Shown here piece after piece: positions 14,501 to 25,337 of a DNA stretch of 64,000 nt. Under the pieces are notes generated by a model that was not told the origin of the DNA, made no database searches, and saw nothing but the letters and a program-made list of their open reading frames with translations. Position 1 is the first letter of the stretch, and each line of letters opens with the position of its first letter. The position numbers were made by a program, and so were the translations under genes. This DNA comes from Cycas panzhihuaensis (Eukaryota; Plantae; Cycadophyta): positions 212,357,741 through 212,421,740 of the forward strand of contig CM041465.1 in assembly GCA_023213395.1 (NCBI GenBank). The letters are read 5' to 3'.

Positions 14501-17500
14501 TCAACAGTGATCCCCCATATTCAACCTAAGTAACCCAGGCCTCTAAAAATTCCTATTTGGATTTGGATATCTTTTTTACTAGATGAATTTAGAGAATGAG
14601 AATAGTTAATCAAAATAAGATCTATGATAGGCAAGGTCATCAAGTTAGACTCAAACACTTTAGACCATACTACTAAGGGGTGGCTAAAGTGTGTGTCAAG
14701 TTAGATATGACTAAGCTGCTAAAAGAGCCTTTTTTTATTAAAGTTGTAAATATGTCCATTTAAATTAACCTAGACTACAAGAGAGTTCCCTTTAGATGGT
14801 CTGCATATCATAATATTAGGCATGTTCATAAAGTTTTCTATTTATTCTAGGCCTCTCTTAATTTAGACCCTTGGAGAGATGAAGATGTCCTAGACTAAAG
14901 GCCCCCCTCTTAGTCAAATATTAGTGAGGTCAATAAGAAAAAGGAGTATCTGGTACGAAACAACCCCATTAATATTGAAGAAACAATATAGTCTCACACA
15001 GAAATGACCACCCATTGTCAGCATATAACTGTTCCTTAGGAAAGAGAAGGAGGAAGGTGGATACTAGTCACCAATTAGATGCGAAACAAAGGAAAAGGCC
15101 ATTTTATGAGTACTCAATTCCTGCATTTAGATTTTAATGATTCTAGAGATCAATTAAAGAAAAGGATGAAGGTAGCTTCGCATACCTAAGGACAAGCACA
15201 TGAAGTAGTTGTTATGCCCAACTCTGGAAATTCTTAAGAGAATTTAGATGACATGCTCATGGAGGAAGCAAATTTGTTGAAGCATGTACTAGAAACTCAA
15301 TGGTTAAAACCTTCTAAGGAGAATTCTCATCAAACTTAACAACATGTACCCAATAATGAAGATGCCCCACACCATACCTAATTTAAATCTTTAGCTCATA
15401 TAAATTCCTCTCGACCAAATAGACAAAAATAGCATTTTAGTAATAACTTAGAATATTAGGGGTATCGATGCTCCCCACTTTCACAAACATTTGGAGATAA
15501 AGTGTATAGTTTGACATCGTCATCCTCATTTTTTGGTTTTGATAGAAACTCATATAGTATCCAATAATGACATAAGGCACACCACTCATAGTATATAGCC
15601 TTCGACTCAATGTAAATCAATTATTTCATGCCAATCCATCAGAGATCTATGTATTTTCTAAAACAACCAGTGGAGGATGCTCCAGTATATTACAAGTCCT
15701 TTTCAACATTGGTTATGCTTGAAATTGAAAAAGGATCAAGATCATTTTGTTTGTTGGTTTATTAGAGTTTATGCCTCTACTAATGTTCAGGTCAAATACA
15801 ACTCTTGGCAAGTTCTAGTAAATACCCTTCATAACTATTAAGCTAAACATGACCAGATTTTACTTTTGGGAGATTTCAATTTTATGGAATATCCTAATGA
15901 TAAATAGGTGGTAAGTTCAAAAGACCTTATCAGAAGGATAATTTGATTTTTTTTTTAACTTAAAGATTTTTTAGGTCTTTCTGAACTTCCTTGAAAGGCC
16001 CCCCTGAGGTTTCTCTAGACCAATAATTAAGAAGGGAGCAGCCGCATTATGGAAAGACTAGATAAAGCTTATATTTCCAATTCGCTCACCCATTTAATTG
16101 CCTAGTATCAATATATTTTGGTGAATGTAATTATGATATCTGATTATATTTCCATTAAGATCCATCTATTCTCTAGAGTTAATTATCTCGTTATAGAATG
16201 ATAGTTTTTAAATTTAACATAAACTTACTCAATCTAGAGGATTTTAGGAGAGCCCTTCAACATTTGTCCAAAGAACTATATACTAACATATATACTATAG
16301 ATAGTCCCGATGCTCGATTGATGATGATTATGAAGAGCCTTAAATCTCATATTAAGATGTTTGGCAAAAACTACAAATATTATTTTAAATATCCCAAGGA
16401 TTTCTTACTTACTATTATTCGAGATTTGTGAAAGTAGTTTGAAGAAGATAAAGGTCCAACTAAGCTTTAATCAAGGCTTGCAAATTTAATAATTTTTGCT
16501 CATGCAAAAGTAGGAAGATGGAAAATAGAAAACATGGTTAAACATTCAATGGAAACTTCATGTAGATCAGAACTCAAAAACTTTTAACCACTATGCAAAA
16601 GTAATGCAACATTAATAGTCATTGAAGTTCTTGTAGGTCCCCCCTTTGGAAATTATGTATTCTCATCATAGAATCCAATCTGAGTTTTACCATCATGTCA
16701 AAAGACCGTGGACCACTCAGGGATTCTCTCTAAACAAATCTAGAGTTATTCAAATTGTTCTCTCAAATATGAATCCTATTTTGGAGGAGTGTCATAGAAA
16801 CCTCAATGCTTCTCTTACTAGATCGATCACTAAGGAGGAGGTCCACAAAATTATGTTGAAGCTTCCTAAAGGCAAATTTTAGGGTCCAAATGGAATGCAT
16901 GTTGAGCTCTTATTAGCTATAGATTCTAAAGAGGTTCCACATCTATTAGTAAAAGTAGTAGAAGAGGTTCATCAAATAGGTAGAATGAACTCAACTATCG
17001 ATGCAACCATGGTTTCTTTGATTCCTAAAAGTAGTATTCCTTCCACCATCAATTAGTAGAGACACATAAGCCTTTGTAATTCCTCATATAAGATTATAAC
17101 TAAAGTTCTAGCAAATCAGCTTAAAGAGTTCCTTCCTTAGGTTGTTAATGAGAATCAAACAACCTTTATAAGAGGTCATCATATAGCAAATAATATAATT
17201 ATGATCATTAGCCTCTTCATACTATATGTATAAAGAAGCAACAAGCTACTATACTCAAATTAGACATCAATAAATCTTATGACACTGTGGAATGGGATTT
17301 CCTTCTTGTTATTCTCACTCAAAAAGGTCTTCAATCAGACCACATTAATTAAATCAAAGCTATGATCTCTTTGGTTTCAATGGCTATAGAAATTAATGGC
17401 TCAACTAATGGCCTTATTTACATGAGTAGAGGAATTTGTCAAGGCTATCCCTTATTGCCTTATCTTTTTCTAATTGCTATGGAAGGCCTCTCTTCTCTTC

Positions 17501-18849
17501 TTTTATGGCTCAAGTCAATAGATCTTCTCTAAGGAGTCTCTATTGATGGATCTGAGATTACAATGCACCAGATTTTTGTAGATGATACCATTTTGTTAGG
17601 GCACACTTTGTATATAGAAATTGGTGCCTAGAGCTAAGTGCTTAAGGTTTTTGACCTTGTAGCAGGGATGATAATTAAACATAGTAAATCTAGCATTATT
17701 TTCAATGAAGTAGAAATATAGATACAATCCACTTTGGCATTGCCTCTTGGCATTCCTATTACTCCAAGATCCACTCTTTTCAAATATCTAAGCATTCTTA
17801 TGGGCCTCTCAAGATTAAAATTTTTTTACTAATGACCTTATATTTTGAAAATTAAAAAGAAGTTGGATGTTTGGCCTACCAGATCCCTTAATTTAGCCAA
17901 TCATCAGAGTTTTAATAGAATTAACTCTTTTCTAACTGCCAAATTACCTAATGTCCATTATTCAAGGTCCCAAAGTTGTATTATTAATAATTTGAAGTCT
18001 TCTAATAAGATTTCTTTAGAAACCATGGTCTGTTAATTTGAAGACCTTTCACCCTATGAAATAGAGTACAGTGTCAAATTATAAAGGTTAAGGCAGCCTT
18101 GGTGTTAAATATCCATTTATTTTAGTAAAGGTGAGAGGAGCTAAGCATCTATGAGACCTTGGGAATAAGGAAAATGATAAATGGACCTATATTATTAGGA
18201 GGAATTATTATTTTACAAACTCTACTAAATAGTAGTTAGCTACAACTAACTATCTCAATAAGGGATCCTCTATTTGGAATTATATGTTGGTAGCCTGGGA
18301 TAACTTACACTATAATACTCTTTTTTCTCTATGAGAATAGGCATATGCATAATGTAATCACAAAATCATAAAGTATGTAATCATATGTAACAAGATAACA
18401 CTGCACATGTACACAGATTGACAAGTGGAAAACCCCTTCTAGGGAAGAAAAACCACCTCCTAAAGTTCTAGTTTTATTAAGAATTGTTATAAACTGAAAA
18501 GCAAATACGTAAACCACCTAACACCTAAACCATCCTTTGAAAAGGCATCAAGACAGCCCTCCTAGATTCATGGAACTAACTCCTTGAATCTAGGAGATGA
18601 ATATATATAATGAAAGGTTCGTTGAAATGCAGTTCTGCATTTCAACCACCTTTCACATAAGATAAATTAATAAACATTAAAGTTTAAACATTAAAATAAC
18701 TTAAATATATATTTAGACATGTGACTAAAATATAACCTTTCAAAAGAACATAAAGATTACATTAACATTCTAACATCCCCCTTTAATGTAAACTTTTGTG
18801 CTGTAGAAAAAGAAGGTCTTCATCACGATGATCCTCCTTTGATGGAGAC

Positions 18850-21800
18850 TTCTTTTATCTACAACAGATATCTGAGATTTAAAAACTTTGCTTCAGTTAA
18901 AGACTTCGTAAGAATGTCAACAATTTATAAATCTGTAGAACAATAAGACAAAGAAACTAGATTATCAGTAACTAAATTATGAATAAAATGTTGATGTAAT
19001 TCAATATGCTTAGTCCTAGAATATAGAACTGGATTTGTAGCTATAGTAATTGCACCTTGATTATCAACTTTAATTTCAATGGAAGAGTTTAGAGACAGAC
19101 CAATTTCATTTAGTAAAGATTTTAGCCAAAGTGCTTCTTTACCAGCTTCAACAAGTACACGATATTCTGCTTCAGTTGTAGATAAAGCAAGTACCTACAG
19201 TTTCTTACTAGACTAGGTAATAGGTGAGGAATCTATAAAAAATACATAACCTGAAGTAGATTTATGATCAGCTATATCACCTGCCTAATCAGAATCAGTA
19301 TATCCAGTTAACGTTAGTGGTTTATTACAAAAATTATAAGTTAAACTATAAAACACAGTATGCTTTAGATAATGTAAGATACGTTTAGTGGCTTTCCAAT
19401 GAGATTCATGTGGTTATTGCATATAACAGAACATAAAGTAATAGCATAAGAAATATCGTGGTGGGTGTGAGTTAGATAGATAAGACTAGCAATTAGTTAT
19501 CTATATAGTGTAGGATCACATAAAGGTGATGAACAATCAGTAGATAGCTTAACTCCTGATTGTAGCAGATTAGATATAGGTTTAGTATTTTCCATGTTAA
19601 TGCAATGAATTAAGTCTAGAATATACTTAGGTTGAGATATTGTTATATTTGAATGATTTTGATAAACTTGTAAACCAAGAAAGTAATGTAATAGATTTAA
19701 ATCGGTCATTTCAATTTATTTATTAAAGTAGATTTTAGATGATGAATACTATGTATTGATGATCCAAGAATGATAATATCATCAACATAGAGGATTAGAA
19801 TAGTAAGATTTTTATTTTCACGCTTAAAATAAAGATTTGGATCACTAATACATCTAGTGTATACAATGTGAATTAAATAATCATTGACTTTAGTATACCA
19901 AGCTCAAGGAGCTTGTTTTAAACTGTAAATAGATTTTTTAAGTTTGCAGACTAAATTAGGATTTTCAATAAATCCATGTGGTCAGTAACATATAGATCAC
20001 TTCCTTGAGATCATTATTCAAGAAAGCACTCTTAATGTCCATTTGGTGGATTTTCCAACTCAACTTGTCGCAAGGGCAATAATTATCTTGATTGTATTCA
20101 TCTTTGCAATAGGGGCAAAGGTTTTATTATAATCAATACCATCTATTTGAGAAAATCCTTTTGCAACAAGGCGAGCTTTATATTTTTTAACTGTGCCTAT
20201 TGAGTTATATTTAATCCTATAGACCTATTTATAGTCGATGATATTTTTCTCAAGTGGGAGAGGAACAAGATCCTAGGTTGAATTTTTATTTAAGGCATCA
20301 AATTCAGTCTGCATAGCATCATACCATACTAGATTGTTGCTAGCTTGTTTAAATATTTTGGGATCATTGTTGTCTATTATTTTTGGCATTAAGTAAAATT
20401 AGCATATAATTTTACGCATGTGTATATCCGGTATCGATGGGTTTACCTACATCGGATCCGATCGTAAGCATTTTGGTTGCCCAAATAGGTTACCTATGAT
20501 TAACTGTATCTGAAGATACAAGTGGATTAGATGAACTAGCCTGAAGAGAAGGATCTATTTCAGTGGGTTCAGATAGAGTCCAATTTTGGACTTGAGTTGA
20601 TAAAGATTCTATAACTTTTGAATCAGCTTGTTTTTCAGAAGGGTTAACCAAATAAGTGTTGGTTAACAAATTTTCAACAGGAAGTTCTACATAAGTAGAT
20701 ATTGAAGAAGATTCTTCTTCATCAAATATTACATCACGCAAAATAGAAATATTATGCATGACTGGATCTAACAGTCTATAAGCTTTAGTCTCTTCACTGT
20801 AACCAACGAAGATGTATTTTTGACTTTTTTGTCTAACTTTTTACGTTTTTCGTGAGGGATATGTCCCCACGCAATACAGCCAAAGATTCATAAATGATTG
20901 ACAGATAGTTTTCTTCTAGACCATTTTTGTTCTAGAGTAATGTTCTGTAGACATTTACTAGGTAAATGATTTAATAAATAATTAGAGCAGTTAATTGCTT
21001 CTGCCTATAATTTTAAATCTATATTCTTTATATGTAACATGCAATGAGTTATCTCAACCAAAGTATAATTTTTGCATTCAAAGAACATTGTTTTATTGAG
21101 GTGTATATGCAATGGAATGTTGGAACCGAATTCCGTGTGATTTGCATAAAGAAGTAAATTTTCCACTTAAATATTCCTTAGCATTATCAGATTGAAATAT
21201 TTTGATTTTTAAATTTAATTGATTTTCAACTAACGTTTTATATTCAACGAAAATGTCAAACACTTGACTATGTGTTTTGAGCATGTAAACCCAACATTTT
21301 CTTGAATAATCATCTATAAATGTAACAAAATAACGAGAACATGAGTATGATGTTACATAAAAAGGTCTACATATGTCGAGTGAGCGGTTGCTCGAATTGA
21401 GTTTTATTTGGAAATAGATCCATGTGTTGTTTACCTATCACACGTGCTTTACAAACATCATAAAGATTGAAGGGTGGTAAACCATGAACCATTTCATGCT
21501 TCTTTAAATATTGTAATTTATCATAACTTGTATAGCCAAATCTTGCATGCCAAAGTTTGCTAACCGAGTCGATTGGTAATAAAGGTACTAAAAGATTTTG
21601 TTTTGTTATTTTGAAGACTTGTTAGACTATAGAGACATGTTATGATCAATGTGTCCTAAGACAATACGTCGAATTTATTTAATGGTTCCTTAATGATAAA
21701 TTTATTTTTCTAGAATTCGGTGATAAGGTCTTTCTGGCAGATTTGATAGACAGAGAGTAGGTTTTGTAACAAACTGTGCACGTAAAAGATGTCCTTGATT

Positions 21801-22999
21801 GAACCATCTTTTAAAATAATGTCACTTGATCCTTTAACTTTAAGTTGATTATCGCTTAGAAAGAAATCTCTTCTTCAAAGTTCGTGTCAGTTGATAAGTG
21901 GTTAAATTTTTACGATGTCCGGTCATATGATGGGATGCACTAGAGTCAAGGATCCACCGTGGTGGATTATTTGAAGGGCCAACAAATGCGAAGTTGTTCT
22001 TTGTTAAAGGGCGATTATGGGATTGACAATTTTGGGTTCGTGATTGAGAATGGGATTGAGGTTTATTTTGCAACCTCGAAGCTTTCCATGCTTCTGAAGC
22101 TATTCTACTTCTATAGATATCAATACTATGGCCTATTTTATGACAGTAGGCACAACTAGTATTCGAGAAGAAGTTACGTTGTTCCTATTATGAAAGAATT
22201 GATTACGAGTATTCGGTATTTAGTTGGACCGTAATATTTTACATTGTATTGTGAATTAGACGGTGAACCTCTATGAGGTTTTTGAAACTTTGGATTACTA
22301 TAAAAATTGTTCTATTATTTATTTTAAATTATGACTTAGTTTTAGAAAATAAAACCCGTGAAGGATCTTTTAATGCTTTGTTTGAATTAACATTGTCTGA
22401 TGTTCAATCAGCTGATTTGTCAACTGATTGAATGTTGTAAGTGGGTTGTTAGCTTGTTGTCCGCGGTTTGTAGAGATTAAAGTATTTTGGTAGTTTGTTT
22501 ACTGCAAGACGTATGAGTGTGTCGTCATCTTTAGCATGCGTAGTTATTTTTTCAACATTATCTTCTTTGGTTTTAAACTTGATAGAGTTATCTAGATCTT
22601 TATTAATTAATTAAATTTTAGTTAAAAATCCTTAACATTAGAAAATCATCAAAAGTAAGTTTATATAATTGCTATTCTAAGATAGACACTTAATGTGTAT
22701 CTACCTTATCATATTTTTCTTGCAAGGTTTTCTAAACAAAGGCTAAGTCATCTATTCGTAAACCGACCGATTTCTAGTGAGAGTGAGTTTAATATAGTGC
22801 CTAAGGCGGATCTCGATTCATCGATATACCATATAACTCTCTATAGCATCCGCTTTTAGTTTTAAAATTCACATGTCATATATTGCCATATCTTTTCTTT
22901 GTTTAGGCGATGGGATATGCGATCCCTTCAGTCGGCATAGTTTAAGCTGGTTAATACTGGAATTGGGATGCAGGTGATTGTCCCTAACATTAATGCCAT
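18850..22999 (-). pseudogene. Copia gag-pol (gag, protease, integrase, RT, RNase H), disrupted
   Basis: Probable gag start MALMLGTITCIPIPVLTSLNYAD at 22999; CAYCHKIGH knuckle; WILDSSASHHMTG protease; FQSDNAKEY...HSIAYTPQ integrase; YKARLVAKGFSQ, HQMDIKSAFLN and MTDLNLLHYFLGLQV RT; TKHIELHQHFI RNase H; many TAG/TAA stops. Confidence 0.93.
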
Positions 23000-23582
23000 A
23001 TTAGAAGTGTTGAGATTTGATTGTAGATTGAAGATTTATGAAGGTGATTGGAAAAATAATCACTTAGTAAAAAGTACTATTCATGTTAATAGATATAATT
23101 CAAGAAAGTATTCTCGTATGTATTAATTGAATTTAAGATAAAAAATCATATGTTTGTAGATAGATGAATAAACAAATGACCTCTTAAAACATTGCCTTAA
23201 GCAATCCCTTTTGATAAACAGTCCTCTTTGAAGTCCTCTTTGATAAATAGTCCCCCTGTGATAAACAAATTAGTTGCCCTTACTCTGAACAAATGAAAAG
23301 TCCCCCCTTAATTAAAACAGTTCTAATAAAAAAATTCCCTTTAAAAAATAAATGTTTGCTAAAAAAGGTTTAAATTCTAAGAATATGAAATTAAAGCACT
23401 TAATTATATGTTGTAATTGATTTAGTTAAATGCATTAAGATGGCAATAACTTTGAAGATATCAAACTAATTTTTAAGATATTAATTGACCTTAAATAATT
23501 AAGCTTTATTATGAAAAAAAAGAGTATATAAATATAAATTAAAAGGTATTGAATTTAATATCATAGAGTTTTAATAATCTAG

Positions 23583-23650
23583 GTATCAGATATTAAACTG
23601 ATAAGAATAGATGCTACATTTGATCTTAGCTAAAAAACTAAGAAAGGTAT
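23583..23650 (-). ncRNA. U2: U2 snRNA 5' fragment (about nt 1-68), degenerate, inside the copia leader
   Basis: Minus strand reads ATACCTTTCTTAGTTTTTTAGCTAAGATCAAATGTAGCATCTATTCTTATCAGTTTAATATCTGATAC versus recalled plant U2 ATACCTTTCTCGGCCTTTTGGCTAAGATCAAGTGTAGTATCTGTTCTTATCAGTTTAATATCTGATA. Differences are transitions. No Sm site or 3' half. Confidence 0.9.
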
Positions 23651-23681
23651 ATATATAATCTTATAATGAGTGTTTTAAAGG

Positions 23682-23733
23682 TTATATATACCTTATATAT
23701 AACATATAAACAAATAGAATATATAAGTAAGAT
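23682..23733 (-). promoter_or_regulatory. Possible decayed plant snRNA Pol II promoter (USE plus TATA) upstream of the U2 fragment
   Basis: ATCTTACTTAT at -83 to -73 (USE consensus RTCCCACATCG) and TATATATAA at -40 to -32, separated by 32 bp. Poor match in AT-rich sequence. Confidence 0.3.
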
Positions 23734-23859
23734 ATTAGTTAGGGGGGAATAGTTTACTTTGATTTTATAAATAAATGTGATACTATATAAGGAGGGAAAG
23801 ATTTTGTAATGACTAATTAAATGCCATACATTAAAGCAATGTTGATTTTAAGTACTAAA

Positions 23860-24125
23860 GGTTAATTGAAAGAGGGGGAGATATAAATTTTGATTTGTAA
23901 ATGAGAGTTTATAATGTAAAAGGGGGGTTTATATCTTAATGTAATAAGGGATTATGTGATTTGTTTAAATCAAAATATGACAAGGGGGGCAGGGGGGGGG
24001 GGGGAGAGGAGGAGGGGCATATGTTTCATTTAAATCAAAATTTGCTAAAAGGGGGGGTTAGGTTTTATTTAAATTAAAGTATGATAAAAGGAGGGGGGGC
24101 TAATGTTTTATTTAAATCGAAATTA
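23860..24125. repeat. Degenerate tandem repeats of about 40-45 bp with G runs
   Basis: Recurring AAAAGGGGGGG...GTTTTATTTAAATCAAAAT-like units. Confidence 0.65.
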
Positions 24126-24909
24126 AAAAATAAAAAATAAAAAACCTAAACCTAAACCGATGGACGAACCCGATGGAATTGTTGATTTTAGAAAACAAAA
24201 TCAAATTGGAAGATGTATTGGGGTCCGAGGGGGGTAAGGACGAAAGATACCCTACTTGTCAACAAGAGTTGCAGAGGTGGTGATGGCATTCTTCCTTCAT
24301 TGTTTATAGGTGAGACGATGGAGAATGACGATCAAATCAATCTGTTCAAGGTTGGAGAGGTAACCACTCTCACTCCTTTCAGTGTCTCTCTTCTTCTGTT
24401 ATTCGGTTCTCGCTGGCTTGGCTTGTCTGGTCTCTTCAGTGATGGATGTAGGGCACTTCCCTGAGGCAATCTCTCTTTTGATGGTGGTTCTTTGCCTTTG
24501 GCCATGTGTGACTACAGTTCCTCTTCATCCGTTGCGGGTTAATAGTGATGGAGCGCCATGGATGGTTTCTTTGGAACGACGACTCTCGATCTTCCTCCGA
24601 TGGAATCACCATGCTTTTGGCATTCTCGAATTTTATTTGGATTGCAATGGTCTAGTTCTTACCCTAGCCGTTATCTTTGCTTCCCAAAGATGAGGGTTAT
24701 GCCCTAGTTTCCTAGTCTCTTCTTCAAAGATGATGGTTTAAAGCGGCACGTCTAGTTGCAGATTCAGAATCTGGAAGGGCACCTTGAATTTCCTTTTAAT
24801 GGCACATATACTCTGCGTGACATCTCTAGGTTGTATTGAGGATTTCAAAATAAGAGGCACTAATGGCATTTCAGGGCTATACTGCATCATATTTGGCAGC
24901 AGTGTGGTG

Positions 24910-25337
24910 TCAGAAGTACATAAACTGGGTTCTTATTAATATCCATCATCATGAGAAAATCGTCCTAAAACTTGGCTGATTCTATGGCAGGTAATCTTCT
25001 CAGGAGACTGGAAACTTACCGTAACAATGAATTTTCATATGGGATTTCTCCTCTTTGCATAGCCAATAGGAAGTGATGCAAAACTTTAATGCGACTGTTC
25101 AGCATTTTGATGGCACTATGAATGCTTATTAGGTGCGCAGCCAATTGAGTAGTTGTTGAGCCTCCATCTGAGGGTTTGAGGTGTGCTACATGATCCACAA
25201 AAATTTGCTCTTCCTCCACGGTCTCTATAGAATAGTTTGACCTAACAAATATTAGACATGGTACTCCATCAATAACATGCAATTCACTCTTATATATTGT
25301 TATTTGCAAATTCTTCTAGGTATGGTTGATTGCGGTG
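24910..25337 (-). pseudogene. CSN6: Captured, intronless, circularly permuted COP9 signalosome subunit 6 fragment
   Basis: Translates AINHT*KNLQITIYKSELHVIDGVPCLIFVRSNYSIETVEEEQIFVDHVAHLKPSDGGSTTTQLAAHLISIHSAIKMLNSRIKVLHHFLLAMQRGEIPYENSLLR*VSSLLRRLPAIESAKF*DDFLM then MMDINKNPVYVLL. Closely matches plant CSN6 as recalled (VDHVAHLKPSDGGSAATQLAAHLTGIHSAIKMLNSRI). Three CAG/CAA-derived stops. Confidence 0.93.

Noticed and set aside
23583-23650. Functional U2 snRNA gene
   Set aside because: Truncated before the Sm site, and the branch-point recognition sequence is mutated.
23190-24125. CRISPR-like repeat-spacer array
   Set aside because: Repeats are degenerate, irregularly spaced and lack unique spacers; eukaryotic TE context with no cas genes.
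25016-25309. CSN6 ORF as a functional host gene
   Set aside because: Partial, permuted, has three stop codons and lies inside an LTR pair with a TSD.
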